A DNA stretch of 64,000 bases from Alphaproteobacteria bacterium. GTDB lineage: Bacteria > Pseudomonadota > Alphaproteobacteria > GM7ARS4 > G965262615. Positions 1-10,389 of the stretch are shown here, one piece after another. The stretch is from contig OZ253545.1 in assembly GCA_965262615.1 (NCBI GenBank), forward strand, positions 1,216,001 through 1,280,000, given 5' to 3'. A program made the translations under genes and the position numbers. Positions within the stretch are counted from its first letter, which is position 1. Each line of letters opens with the position of its first letter. The notes below the pieces were generated by a model that searched no databases, was not told the DNA's origin, and saw nothing but the letters and a program-made list of their open reading frames with translations.

Positions 1-255
1 CTTAAACGGACGATCCCGATGGATGTAGTTAAAAAAATAGTAGGCATGATCCAAATCACAATAGGTAATGTCTCGCTTGAGAACGAGGTCATCGGCAATC
101 AGATTGACCATATTCTCAAGATCATTGTGCAAGCGCACCAGATAAAAAAGATCGGTAGAGAGCATGATGATGAACAACAAAGACGGCAAAATCAGAGCAA
201 ATTCCACCATCGCCGCCCCACACCGATGAGTAAAAAAACGGCGCACCAACGACAT
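1..255 (-). CDS. TadE/TadF-like pseudopilin (partial, runs off the left edge)
   Basis: Not in the ORF track. Manual translation from ATG 255 gives MSLVRRFFTHRCGAAMVEFALILPSLLFIIML... open to position 1. Has a G|xxxxEF prepilin cleavage motif and hydrophobic helix; TGATG overlap with the upstream gene. Confidence 0.8.
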   Translation of the reverse strand, partial: MSLVRRFFTHRCGAAMVEFALILPSLLFIIMLSTDLFYLVRLHNDLENMVNLIADDLVLKRDITYCDLDHAYYFFNYIHRDRPFK

Positions 256-737
256 CACGGCTCTCGCAACAGCACCGTGTAGGCGCGCACATCCACAAGC
301 TCGCCCATAAAGGGCACTGCCGTACTGATGGGATACTCATAGAAAATTTCATAGGTAATCAGACTGCGTCCCCCCTGAGAAAACACCTCCGCTCCCAAAG
401 ACTCCATCATCGCCTGAGTGGGCACATGGCTGCTGGCAGCCTCCACAGAATCAAATTGATAGCTGGAAATTTTGATGTCATCCATGATGAAAAATCCTGG
501 CAGTCTTGGCTCAAGAAGCGTTCGCACGCCATCGCTGCTCTGGCAGAGTGTATCGGTTCTTGAGCCTGTTCCCAATTGAGCGGCACATGCGCGTCCCACA
601 TCTCGCACCGCCCCTTCCAATGTGCTGTAGGTGAACACCCAAAAACCCAACAACAACGCCAGCAAAAAAAGGGAAAAAAACATCGTTCCCACAAGAGCAA
701 ATTCTACCAAAACCGAGCCTTGCCGTCCCATCATCAA
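255..737 (-). CDS. tadE: TadE/TadG-family pseudopilin
   Basis: RQG|SVLVEFALV prepilin motif followed by a hydrophobic segment; lies downstream of tadC. Confidence 0.8.
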   Translation of the reverse strand: MMMGRQGSVLVEFALVGTMFFSLFLLALLLGFWVFTYSTLEGAVRDVGRACAAQLGTGSRTDTLCQSSDGVRTLLEPRLPGFFIMDDIKISSYQFDSVEAASSHVPTQAMMESLGAEVFSQGGRSLITYEIFYEYPISTAVPFMGELVDVRAYTVLLREP

Positions 738-1672
738 TTGAACACTTCAAGAATACGAATCACCCCCGGGCCCAAAACCACAATAAACAACAACGGCAGC
801 AAAAACAGAACCATCGGAATGGTGAGCATCACAGGAGCGCGCGCCGCCCATGCCTCAGCCCGCAGAACACGCAGATTGCGCATCTCTTCACTCATGACAC
901 CAAAAGTCTCCGACAGCGATGTCCCATATTTCTCCGCCTGAATCACACTGGATGCTAGAACACGAACCTCTTCAATATTCAGACGATCCGCAAGACGCTT
1001 GAGTGCCATCTCTCGTTCTCGCAAAATCTGCATTTCCGTCAAAGTGAGCTGCAACTCGTCATTAATTTCTCGCATATAGTCATGAGGTTCAACCAGCAGT
1101 CTCTGAAGTGCGCCCTCAAAGGTCATGCCGGAGCGGATGCAAATGAGGATAATGTCCACCACATCAGGCAACACCTTGCGGATGCGCTCCTGACGAGATT
1201 TTGCCATACTCTCAGCCACAATATTCACCAAAATACTGCCGCCAATCGCCCCCGAAAAAATAAAAACATAGCTCATCGTATTAAAGGATTGCTGAGTAAA
1301 AATGATAATGAGCAACACCACAGCGGCAAGAGAAGTGGCGGTAATCAATTTAATCAGCACAAACACCGTGAGCGCATCCTCACTGCGATATCCCGCCGTC
1401 ACCAACGGCGCGCGCGCCTTTTCCACCTCTCGCTGTCCCAGAACCGCCACAGGATTGACTTTACGGGAAAGTTTTTTGAAGCTTTCCCATAGATTATCGC
1501 CCGCCGCGCGATCTCCCGGACCCATATCCTTATTGCGCTTAATGCGAGCAATGCGCTCTTCCAAAGGGGTTTGCTCAATCAGAAATTGCTGAACGAGAAT
1601 GACGACTCCCATCAAAAAAAAGACCAACAATGCAAGGGTCAGCAGTGGATTATCTTGCAATTCAATTCCCAT
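734..1672 (-). CDS. tadC: Tad pilus inner-membrane platform protein TadC (T2SS F family)
   Basis: LPDVVD...RSGMTFE...QAEKYGTSLSE motifs; TM helices; follows tadB. Confidence 0.9.
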   Translation of the reverse strand: MGIELQDNPLLTLALLVFFLMGVVILVQQFLIEQTPLEERIARIKRNKDMGPGDRAAGDNLWESFKKLSRKVNPVAVLGQREVEKARAPLVTAGYRSEDALTVFVLIKLITATSLAAVVLLIIIFTQQSFNTMSYVFIFSGAIGGSILVNIVAESMAKSRQERIRKVLPDVVDIILICIRSGMTFEGALQRLLVEPHDYMREINDELQLTLTEMQILREREMALKRLADRLNIEEVRVLASSVIQAEKYGTSLSETFGVMSEEMRNLRVLRAEAWAARAPVMLTIPMVLFLLPLLFIVVLGPGVIRILEVFN

Positions 1673-2676
1673 TAAAAACGCTCCTTCATGATAATATTCA
1701 TGGTGGTAATTGCCATGACAATCAAGCCCCCCGCCGCCATGAGCATGTAGTTTCCTAACTCCGTATTAAAGAGGGGATCAAAATATCCGGGCTGCAGCAA
1801 AGACACCAATCCAAAAACAGCCAGCGGCATGGCAAACACCACATAGCCACTGGCTCTGATTTGCGATGTTTGCGATTTGAGCTTTTCGTTGATTTCAATG
1901 CGTTTGCGCATCATATCGGCAAGGCGACTGAGACTCTCACTGATATTACCCCCCGCCTGCTGCTGCACACTGATGGCGGTGATAAAGAGTCTGAATTCAA
2001 TCAGTCGCATCTCCTCGCCCACTCGTCTGAGAGCTTCATCCACCCCCATCCCCAGCATCACAAAGGAGCTGACCTTGCGAAACAGACTGCTGATGGGATC
2101 TTCAAAATTATCGGCAATCAGATGCACCTGTGTCGCGAGCGGCAACCCAGAGCGCACACCGCGAATGATGAAATCCAAAACACTGGGAAAGGTCAAGAGA
2201 AACGCTCGCATTTTGCGATTTTCGCGACGGCGCAGATACCCACTGAAGATAAAAAACGCCAGCCCATACCCCGCAAGCAAGGCGGCTCCCGTGCCCAATC
2301 CAAAGCGCAGTGTGCCAACCGCCGACACAAGCAACGCACTGACATTAAACATAATAATAAATCCTGTCGCGCTCATTTCAATATCGGCGCGAACGAGCTT
2401 TGTCTGAAATTCCTCCATGTATTGCTTGATAATATTATCACCGCCAAAGCTATAATGGCTTTCCTGTGCTCTTTTGGTTCTCTCGCGCGTTTTTTCAAAA
2501 GCGATGGCGTACTCGTCTTCTCGCAAACGCTCCATGAGGATGTCTTTTTTGCTTTCCGGCTTGAGAATCAGGAGGCTTCCTATGATCATGCCGCCCACAA
2601 TCAACATGCCAACTAAAATTAAAGGGTCAATACCCAAGAGTAAGGGATCTATACCTAAGATTGAGAGGCTCATCAA
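1672..2676 (-). CDS. tadB: Tad pilus inner-membrane platform protein TadB (T2SS F family)
   Basis: FPSVLDFIIRGVRSGLP...QQQAGGNISESL motifs; position after cpaF. Confidence 0.9.
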   Translation of the reverse strand: MMSLSILGIDPLLLGIDPLILVGMLIVGGMIIGSLLILKPESKKDILMERLREDEYAIAFEKTRERTKRAQESHYSFGGDNIIKQYMEEFQTKLVRADIEMSATGFIIMFNVSALLVSAVGTLRFGLGTGAALLAGYGLAFFIFSGYLRRRENRKMRAFLLTFPSVLDFIIRGVRSGLPLATQVHLIADNFEDPISSLFRKVSSFVMLGMGVDEALRRVGEEMRLIEFRLFITAISVQQQAGGNISESLSRLADMMRKRIEINEKLKSQTSQIRASGYVVFAMPLAVFGLVSLLQPGYFDPLFNTELGNYMLMAAGGLIVMAITTMNIIMKERF

Positions 2677-4115
2677 ACGACACCCATAACTTTGATGAGT
2701 TCGTTTTCTACGCCGAAGTAACGGGCTCTCTCATAAAATCGTGGTTTGAGTCCCGCCGACTCAAAGCTGCCATTGAGCACGCCTTCGGAGTCTTCTCCTT
2801 CAAATTTATAAGTAAAGAGTGGTTGGGTGACCATGGATTCCCCTTCCATTCCCAGCACTTCAGTGATGGAAGAAATGCGTCTGACGCCGTCTCGCATGCG
2901 TTCCACATAGACCACCATATCAAGGGCATTGGTGATGTATTGGCGCACGACGGCAATAGGGAGATTCATGCCTGTTTGTGCCATCATGTTCTCCACTCTG
3001 GCGAGTGTGTCACGCGGATTATTGGCGTGAATGGTTGCCATGGAGCCATCATGTCCTGTGTTCATGGCTTGGAGCATATCAAAGATTTCTGCGCCCCTGA
3101 CCTCTCCCACAATGATGCGATCAGGACGCATCCGCAAAGCATTGCGCACCAGTTCTCTGATATCAATTCCTCCCACGCCCTCTTGATTGGAAGCGCGACA
3201 CTCAAGCCGCACCACATGAGGCTGCTGCATTTGCAGTTCCAGTGTGTCCTCCACCGTGAGGATGCGCTGAGTGGGATCAATTTTCTGCGACAGGGCATTG
3301 AGAACGGTTGTTTTGCCTGCGCCGGTGCCGCCAGCCACCAAAATATTGAGACGGCACACACTGGCAACATCCATCAGACGCGCCATCGCCTGAGAAATGC
3401 TGCCATTTTTCACCAAGGTATCCAGCATAATGGCATGCTTGCCAAACTTACGAATAGACAAATACGGACCGTCCGATGCCACAGGCGGCAGGGCAATATG
3501 AACACGAGAGCCGTCCGGCAGACGAGCATCCGTCAAAGGACTGGATTCATCAACATGGCGACCCACCAAAACCGCAATGCGCTGCGAAATATTCATCAAA
3601 TGGGATTGATCGCGAAAATGAACATTGGTGAGCTCCATCTTACCCCTGCGCTCCACATACACTTTATCGGGACCATTGATCAAAATATCGTTGATGCCAT
3701 CATCGGCGAGCAAATCATCCAAAGGACCAAAGCCCAGCATGTCTTTGACCAAGCTATCGGTGATGGCATCTTGCTGTTTTTGTCCGATGGGAATGTTATT
3801 GATGGTGGCAATATTGCCCACCAGTGCCGCAATGGTGTCACGCAAATCTTCCCGCGAGAGCTGGGATATATCTTCGGGATTAATCTGAGATATGACCGAT
3901 TGATAGATTAAATCGCGCGTGGGACGATCCACCGAATTGATGGCACTGGAATCTCGCCATGCTTCGGCTTCATTTTCATACACATCCACCAAGCGATCAT
4001 CCACAGGAGGTGGAGCCTCTTGCCGCGCCTGAGTCGCCTCCGAGGCGGTGGGTGTTTCTTCTATCTCTTCTTGCCCCGCAACAGGGACAACAGCTGTTTT
4101 ACGTCCAAACCCCAT
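2673..4115 (-). CDS. cpaF: Tad pilus assembly ATPase CpaF/TadA
   Basis: Walker [36 protein letters not shown] 4115 is preceded by an AGAGG RBS (the ORF track extends to 4139). Confidence 0.95.
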   Translation of the reverse strand: MGFGRKTAVVPVAGQEEIEETPTASEATQARQEAPPPVDDRLVDVYENEAEAWRDSSAINSVDRPTRDLIYQSVISQINPEDISQLSREDLRDTIAALVGNIATINNIPIGQKQQDAITDSLVKDMLGFGPLDDLLADDGINDILINGPDKVYVERRGKMELTNVHFRDQSHLMNISQRIAVLVGRHVDESSPLTDARLPDGSRVHIALPPVASDGPYLSIRKFGKHAIMLDTLVKNGSISQAMARLMDVASVCRLNILVAGGTGAGKTTVLNALSQKIDPTQRILTVEDTLELQMQQPHVVRLECRASNQEGVGGIDIRELVRNALRMRPDRIIVGEVRGAEIFDMLQAMNTGHDGSMATIHANNPRDTLARVENMMAQTGMNLPIAVVRQYITNALDMVVYVERMRDGVRRISSITEVLGMEGESMVTQPLFTYKFEGEDSEGVLNGSFESAGLKPRFYERARYFGVENELIKVMGVV

Positions 4116-4201
4116 AGAAGACCTCTTGTGAGATAACAACAGTCATCCCATTGTAAGAATTCCCCGACTCAATTGCAAGACAGCAGAATGTCATGGTTTT
4201 G

Positions 4202-5407
4202 CTAGGATGTGAGTCGTCCGAGAACGCCACCGAGCAATCCTCCTTGCCGACGCACATGGCGACCCCCGACATCTTGAGTCAGGCGATGGGCAGACGCATA
4301 CAGCGAACTGCCGCGATTGGTAAAAATACCACCCTTGTTGATAGAGTCCAAAGCGGCGGTATCAAAGCGAACGATATGATCCACCTGATGACCGGTAATA
4401 TCGCTGAATTGAGCGGTAGTCACCTCGCCGTATTTGTAGAGTCCCACCTTGTTCATGACCACAATAATGCGCGCTCGCGTCTTGTAGGTGACCACCAAAT
4501 GATGCAAAGACTCAACCGCATTGCGCAAACTGATGACATCAGGTGTGAAAGTGATCACAATGGTCTGAGCACAATCCACCGCCGCCCGCACCGCCAGATG
4601 ATTCCAGCGAGGAATTTCCATCACCGCATAGCGAAAGCGCGCCCCAAGGCGGCGCACCAATTCATTGTAACCGCGCAAAGTCAAACCAGAGAAATTCTGT
4701 GACTGCACCGAACCGCTCAAGACCGCCAACCGATCGCTCACCGCATCCATGGAGCGATCCACAAAAATTTTATCCACCCGATCGGGATGCTCCAACGCAT
4801 CACTCATGCCCTCAGACAACTGGCGATTGAGCATATGAGCCACCGAACCGTACAAAATATCAAAGTCCACCAAAGCCGTATAATACTTGCTCTCCTCGGC
4901 AAGCATCCAGGCACAGGTGGTGGCAAGAGTCGTCGAGCCGCAGCCGCCAGAAGTCCCGATAAACGCCACAACCTTGTTGACCTTCTGTCCCCCAGAGCGT
5001 TCATCAAAGGCATCATACAAGCTCTCCGTTGCCAACGGATGCACGATATAATCCTTAATCCCCAGATTGATTAGTTCCCGATACAGAGTGATGTCCTGAG
5101 TGTCTCCCAGCACCACCACCGTCACACTGGGATCACACACATCAGCCAGTTCCAACAGCTCACGGGTGACATCACGCTTGTCGGCAATATCCACAATGAG
5201 AAAAGACGGAGACGGTTTTTCAGCAAGATAGCGAACCGCCTGACGAATCCCCCCTTTGTTCAAGCCAATAATGGGAATGCTGGTGTTGTCGGCAAACGAT
5301 TGAATCGCTCCGACCGCATCACTGCGCTGCACAAAGGCAAGAATCCCTTCTTGCACCTTTCCCAGTGCGCTCTTTCTATTAGCACTTTGTGTTTTTGCCT
5401 CTGCCAT
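4202..5407 (-). CDS. cpaE: Pilus assembly protein CpaE/TadZ (receiver-like domain plus MinD-like ATPase)
   Basis: Atypical receiver N-terminus, deviant Walker GTSGGCGST, LVDFDI; AAGGA RBS; context. Confidence 0.88.
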   Translation of the reverse strand: MAEAKTQSANRKSALGKVQEGILAFVQRSDAVGAIQSFADNTSIPIIGLNKGGIRQAVRYLAEKPSPSFLIVDIADKRDVTRELLELADVCDPSVTVVVLGDTQDITLYRELINLGIKDYIVHPLATESLYDAFDERSGGQKVNKVVAFIGTSGGCGSTTLATTCAWMLAEESKYYTALVDFDILYGSVAHMLNRQLSEGMSDALEHPDRVDKIFVDRSMDAVSDRLAVLSGSVQSQNFSGLTLRGYNELVRRLGARFRYAVMEIPRWNHLAVRAAVDCAQTIVITFTPDVISLRNAVESLHHLVVTYKTRARIIVVMNKVGLYKYGEVTTAQFSDITGHQVDHIVRFDTAALDSINKGGIFTNRGSSLYASAHRLTQDVGGRHVRRQGGLLGGVLGRLTS

Positions 5408-5503
5408 CGGATGCTTTCCTTTCCTTGTTCTTGGTGCACTGTATCACAAATCTATCACACAATGAACAAATGGTGGAATTTTTTATTCATTATTCATTGT
5501 TAT

Positions 5504-6163
5504 TCATTGTTCACCCTCACCGAATTCGGCAAGGGTCTCAGAGGCATATCCGGCGGCGGGCAAGTCCAGATTTCTGCCTTGCATGAGATCCCGTGGCGAG
5601 GATGCCATCAATGCCCGATTGGTGGCATCGGTGCACCCAATGGAGGGACTCATGCCACTGGTGTTGCGTCCCGCTTGAAAGGAAAAATCCATGCCAATGC
5701 ACTCAGGAGGAACGACAATGTAGCGATCCAACCCCAACAAAATGGATGAGCCATCAGAGACTGCCACAGGCGCATTGAGCAAATGACCCACAGGGCGTCC
5801 ATGGTCTGTCTCAGAGATGTGGGGGGCGCGCACGCCTTGCTTTTTCAAATATTTTTTAATCTGTGTCACGGCTCGTTTCATGTCATCCACATACGCGCCG
5901 CCGGGCAGACGCGTCATCCGCACATAGAGTTTTTTTGCCTCCCCCATTGATTCCATGATGCTGCTCACATAAGCCAGTTGATAGTCAAGATTCGTCCCCT
6001 CACTCACATTGACAAACATGCTGACCGTCACCTTCTGAAAGGTGGGCTTGAATTCCTCATTGAGCAATTGATTGCTATCGGGATATCGCCCCACACAAGA
6101 AATCATCGTGAGGGCGAGTATGAGACAGAGACCATGCAAAGGACGGGAAAAGGTCATCATCAT
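5504..6163 (-). CDS. cpaD: CpaD-like pilus assembly lipoprotein
   Basis: Lipobox LTMISC; C-terminal PPEC...IGCTDATNRALMASSPRDL typical of CpaD; lies between cpaC and cpaE. Confidence 0.75.
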   Translation of the reverse strand: MMMTFSRPLHGLCLILALTMISCVGRYPDSNQLLNEEFKPTFQKVTVSMFVNVSEGTNLDYQLAYVSSIMESMGEAKKLYVRMTRLPGGAYVDDMKRAVTQIKKYLKKQGVRAPHISETDHGRPVGHLLNAPVAVSDGSSILLGLDRYIVVPPECIGMDFSFQAGRNTSGMSPSIGCTDATNRALMASSPRDLMQGRNLDLPAAGYASETLAEFGEGEQ

Positions 6164-7711
6164 TTATTCCAGCATAAAGCCACCGATTTCAAGATAGCGC
6201 GGCGCCATGACCACCTGTTCAATGGGCATATCCATGCCTTGATATTCCATGATGCGCCCCGTGAGCCATCGCTCCAATTGCGAATTGAAGCTATACCGCT
6301 CAGCAGGAGAAACCAATGCCTGCTGACTGACGGGCTCTACCAGCAGTGGCGTGACAATAATGACCAGCTCGGTCTCACTGTTTTGAAATGAGTCAGAACG
6401 AAACAATGCTCCCAAAATGGGAATATCCGCCAACCCTGGAAATTGTCTCGTGCCACTGGACATTCTGTTTTGCAGCAATCCGGCGATGGCGAAATTTTGT
6501 CCACTGGCGACTTCCACCACGGTGCTGACGGTTCTCTCGGAAGTGCCCGGCACCCGATTGCCATTGATGGTTTGCGAATAGCTTTCATTGATTTCATTGA
6601 TGTCCGCCTCAATGTTGAGAGAGATTCTGCCACTGGAGAGAATGGTGGGCGTAAAATCAAGCCTGACCCCAATTTCTTTGAATTCCACAGTTCCCGAAAT
6701 AATGGAAACACCGTCACCGCCGCCGCCAGCACCGCCGCCTCCCGCACCGGGAACGGGCACTTCACCGCCCGCAAAAAATTCGGCACTCTCGCCCGATGTG
6801 GTGGTGAGATTGGGCTGAGCCAGAGTCACCAACAAGCCTTCGTCTTCCAAAAGATCCAAAAGGGTATAAAGGGTTCCCCATGGCTTGGTGATGACGGCAA
6901 GCAAAGAATCCAGCACCCCCGCCGCCACAGTGCTGCGATTAAATGCAACAGCAGAACTACCCTCACCGCGCACACCGGTCGCGCCGCCAAAGCCAATCGA
7001 GCCACCCGTATCCTCAAATCCGAGATTGATGGAAATATACTCTCCCACCCGACGAGACACTTCGGCAACACGCACCTGCAAATTGACTTGATTGGCGGCA
7101 TTCACCCGCATCTGATTGATGAGAACCGATTCGGCATCGGCACTATCAAGAACAGAGGATAAATACTGCAAAGCAATCTGTTCTATGAACTCAGCCTGTT
7201 CAGGAGAATCCAGCGTTCCTCGCAGAAGAATTCCTTGCGGTGTGGCGGTGGCTTCCACCTCTATTTCGGGCTCTACCGCGGCAATGAGCTGTTCCAGTTG
7301 CTTGGTATCCACCACCACATGGACATCAAACAACACCGACACCCCCCCTTGGTGATCATAGCCAATGATGGTGGTGCGCCCGGGTCGTCCCGCCTGAATG
7401 TAGAAAGAATTGATGGAATTGACCGTCACATCGGCGACATCGGAATCGGCAACAAATATATCGGACAACGGCTCATCAAAGCGAATCAGTTCAGCCGATG
7501 ACACCGCCACCTCCAACTTTTTATAAACATAATCGGGCTGTTCCGGCATGATGGCGGAATCATCGTTGACAGATTCAGACTGTGCTTCGGTCTGCATGTG
7601 CGTCTTTGTGGTTTGTTGTGCATTTTTGCCTTTTTCCACATCAGCCTGTGCCCACACGGCGGGGGTCATGACAAAAAGACACAGAAGAAATTGAAGGCAA
7701 CGCATCATCAT
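6164..7711 (-). CDS. cpaC: Tad secretin CpaC/RcpA
   Basis: Signal peptide; QVNLQVRVAEVSR, LAQPNLTTTSGESAEFFAGGEVP, PGLADIPILGALFRS, ETELVIIVTP secretin motifs. Confidence 0.93.
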   Translation of the reverse strand: MMMRCLQFLLCLFVMTPAVWAQADVEKGKNAQQTTKTHMQTEAQSESVNDDSAIMPEQPDYVYKKLEVAVSSAELIRFDEPLSDIFVADSDVADVTVNSINSFYIQAGRPGRTTIIGYDHQGGVSVLFDVHVVVDTKQLEQLIAAVEPEIEVEATATPQGILLRGTLDSPEQAEFIEQIALQYLSSVLDSADAESVLINQMRVNAANQVNLQVRVAEVSRRVGEYISINLGFEDTGGSIGFGGATGVRGEGSSAVAFNRSTVAAGVLDSLLAVITKPWGTLYTLLDLLEDEGLLVTLAQPNLTTTSGESAEFFAGGEVPVPGAGGGGAGGGGDGVSIISGTVEFKEIGVRLDFTPTILSSGRISLNIEADINEINESYSQTINGNRVPGTSERTVSTVVEVASGQNFAIAGLLQNRMSSGTRQFPGLADIPILGALFRSDSFQNSETELVIIVTPLLVEPVSQQALVSPAERYSFNSQLERWLTGRIMEYQGMDMPIEQVVMAPRYLEIGGFMLE

Positions 7712-8595
7712 TCAAAAAACGAGAAGTCCCCTCCCTCGCCGCCGCGATAGACTTTCGGTGGCTGCACACGACTGACCGCTTGAATATCAAACAGTTCGGT
7801 GGCTTGCGTTCCCATAGAGGGGCTTTCATCATCGTCATCTTTGCTGAGAATGAAGCTAATTGTTCCAACATTTTCGGCAAGGACAAGTTTTTCCGCCTCT
7901 TTGCCGGTGACCTCTAACAGAACATATTCTTCGGAAGCATTGGGCAGTGTTGTGCCATAGAAGGTGCGTCCGCCGATGGCGACAATGCGTTTGCGTTTCA
8001 TGATGGTGCGAGCGGCTTGTCCCAGTGTGGTGGTAAAGACCTTGAGAGGTCCGCCATCGGAGCTTTGAATCCCATCTTCCGAGATGGGGCTTGCCACTCT
8101 GAGAATAATATCCACATAGTCACCGGGCTGCAATGCTTGATTGAGACGAGAATTGACTCCCGCCTGCACGGCGACAACTTGCGTTCCTTTTTCCAAAAAG
8201 ATATAGAGCGGATTGCCATCGGAACGCAAAAAGATGTCCGCGCGCCGCAACACCTCATTGCCCAGTCGGTCACGCAAGGCGATTGACCCCTCAAGGGTGG
8301 CGATATCGTACTGATCGCTGCGAATCATGCCTTCTTCTAATTCTTTCTCGTCCATCTCGGTGATGGAAAAGTCTTCTCTGGCGAGCACGCGCCCTCTGTA
8401 GAGAGGCACCTTGCTCCGCACGACAGAAACAACGACAATAGGCTCAGGTTCGGGTTCCGGCTCGGCTTCAACGATGTCTTCTTCCACAACGGGCACGCCC
8501 TCTTCGGGAGCTTGCAAAATGGCTGCCAGCAGAAGATAGCCCACCACCCCCATGAATAAAATCAGAACAATGCCAATGACGCGTCTTTGATTCAT
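7708..8595 (-). CDS. cpaB: Pilus assembly protein CpaB/RcpC (SAF domain)
   Basis: N-terminal TM, SAF-like region, LQPGDYVDIIL and VLLEVT..EAEKLVLA motifs; context. Confidence 0.85.
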   Translation of the reverse strand: MNQRRVIGIVLILFMGVVGYLLLAAILQAPEEGVPVVEEDIVEAEPEPEPEPIVVVSVVRSKVPLYRGRVLAREDFSITEMDEKELEEGMIRSDQYDIATLEGSIALRDRLGNEVLRRADIFLRSDGNPLYIFLEKGTQVVAVQAGVNSRLNQALQPGDYVDIILRVASPISEDGIQSSDGGPLKVFTTTLGQAARTIMKRKRIVAIGGRTFYGTTLPNASEEYVLLEVTGKEAEKLVLAENVGTISFILSKDDDDESPSMGTQATELFDIQAVSRVQPPKVYRGGEGGDFSFFE

Positions 8596-9149
8596 AACGG
8601 ATATCCCATCGTGACATCATAGCCCAATATGGCAACACTGACCAGTCCCCCCACAAAAATCGCAGGGGCATAGGCAAAAGGAACAGCACGGGAGCGACTC
8701 GTCACAGACTTCACCCCATGCCGCACCACCATGCTTGTCAACAACACCAATGCCATCACACCGCCCACCAATAAGGTGATGATGAGAAACATCACGCCTC
8801 CCTCAAAGCCAATCCACAAAGAAAATGCCGACATGATTTTGACATCTCCGCCGCCAACACCATTCAAAATAAAACACACAAAACCCGCCACAAAGACAGC
8901 CAGCGACAACAATAATGACCACACCAGAGCTTGTCCGCTCCATATGCCAGCCCACAATACCAGCAATTGTTTGGCAATCCACAGTCCCACCAATCCGATG
9001 CTGAGTTCATCGGGCAGTTCGTGTGTTTTCACATCACACCATGCGCCATAGAGCAACACCGCCACAGCCGCCAAAGCCATGACCATCATGACAATAAATG
9101 GGACAGAGGAACTCATCTCCGCCAATTGTCGCAGATACAACGACTCCAT
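8592..9149 (-). CDS. cpaA: Prepilin peptidase CpaA/TadV (A24)
   Basis: AWCDVKTHELPD and GGGDVK catalytic aspartate motifs; VPFAYAPAI C-terminus; multi-TM. Confidence 0.9.
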   Translation of the reverse strand: MESLYLRQLAEMSSSVPFIVMMVMALAAVAVLLYGAWCDVKTHELPDELSIGLVGLWIAKQLLVLWAGIWSGQALVWSLLLSLAVFVAGFVCFILNGVGGGDVKIMSAFSLWIGFEGGVMFLIITLLVGGVMALVLLTSMVVRHGVKSVTSRSRAVPFAYAPAIFVGGLVSVAILGYDVTMGYPL

Positions 9150-9155
9150 TGGCAA

Positions 9156-9184
9156 ATTCTAGCAAAGTTCCACAGCAAAAACAA
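9156..9184 (-). promoter_or_regulatory. Putative sigma70-type promoter for cpaA (extended -10)
   Basis: Minus strand reads TTGTTT-17nt-TAGAAT with TGn extension (TGCTAGAAT), ending 6 nt before ATG 9149. Confidence 0.4.
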
Positions 9185-9204
9185 GTCAAGTTATCAACAA
9201 TTTA

Positions 9205-10389
9205 TCAACAAGATTTCAACAGTGCCATTCCCTGCTGTAAGTCATCCATGAGATCCTGCACATCCTCTAATCCAGCGTGAATCCGCACCATGATTCCTGT
9301 GTCCTTCCAGTCAGTGACACTGCGCTCAGTGGCTGGTGCGATGGGCAAAATCAAACTCTCATAACCGCCCCAGCTGTAGCCAATGCCAAAGTGATGCAAA
9401 CCGTTCAGCATCTTATGAACAGACGACCGCTCACAAGGCATCAATTCAAGGGCGAACAATCCGCTTGCGCCGCAAAAATCACGCTTCCAAAGCTCGTGAA
9501 ATGGCTTGAAGGATGATAAACCCGGATGACACACCCGTTTGACCTGTGGCTGTTTCTCAAGCCATGTGGCAAGCGTCATGGCATTGGTCTGATGATGCCG
9601 CAGCCGCAATGGCAGTGTGCGAATGCCTCGCTGTCCCAAATAGCATCGCTCTGCCGAGACGGCATCTCCTCGCAGCATTGCCGCGCGCCGCAAGTGATGC
9701 GCCATGGATTCATCACCACACACCATGACTCCCAGCATGGCATCGGCGTGTCCCACGATGTATTTTGTCGCCGACTCCACCGCAATGTCCACCCCCAACG
9801 CCAGTGGATTAAAATAAAGCCCCGTTGCCCATGTGTTGTCCAAAACAGTGATGATGTCGTGCCGCCGCGCCAATGACACCACCGCAGGCACATCCTGCAC
9901 CTCAAAGGTCAATGACCCCGGGCTCTCCATGAAAATCACCTTCACCGTCTCATTGATGAGGTCATCCAGTGGCTGAGCGGGATCAAAATAAGTCACCGTG
10001 ATGCCGTACGAAGTCAAAAACACATCGGCAAAACGGCGGGTTGCCCCATAGACGGGGTCAGCCATCAGCACCTCATCGCCCTGTTTGAGATAAGCCGTCA
10101 GAGCAATGGTGGCGGCAGCCAAGCCGGACGATGTCGCCACGGCGAAGGTGGCATCGTTTTTTTCATCACGATATAAGTCGGCAACGGCTTCTTCAAAGCA
10201 AAAATTGGTGGGCGTTCCCATGCGTCCATAAAAGGTGCGTCCAAAAGGATGAGCGGTGGCTTCCTCCAATTCCGCCACATCGGGAAACAAAATGGTAGAG
10301 CCATGACAAATGGGCGGATTGACCAAGCCCCACCAATCATGAGACCGCCGTCCGCTTTGCACAATGCGGGTGTGTCGTTTTGAGGTCAT
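9205..10389 (-). CDS. metC: Cystathionine beta-lyase
   Basis: VNPPICHGSTILF, YGRMGTPT, ESPGSLTFEVQD, DNTWAT, SATKYIVGHAD (PLP lysine), FGIGYSWGGYESL. Confidence 0.92.
   Translation of the reverse strand: MTSKRHTRIVQSGRRSHDWWGLVNPPICHGSTILFPDVAELEEATAHPFGRTFYGRMGTPTNFCFEEAVADLYRDEKNDATFAVATSSGLAAATIALTAYLKQGDEVLMADPVYGATRRFADVFLTSYGITVTYFDPAQPLDDLINETVKVIFMESPGSLTFEVQDVPAVVSLARRHDIITVLDNTWATGLYFNPLALGVDIAVESATKYIVGHADAMLGVMVCGDESMAHHLRRAAMLRGDAVSAERCYLGQRGIRTLPLRLRHHQTNAMTLATWLEKQPQVKRVCHPGLSSFKPFHELWKRDFCGASGLFALELMPCERSSVHKMLNGLHHFGIGYSWGGYESLILPIAPATERSVTDWKDTGIMVRIHAGLEDVQDLMDDLQQGMALLKSC

Noticed and set aside
2661-3911. 416-aa + strand ORF (and similar ones at 35804-36829, 38841-39677)
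   Set aside because: Antisense to well-supported cpaF, msrP and tldD, with no recognisable motifs.
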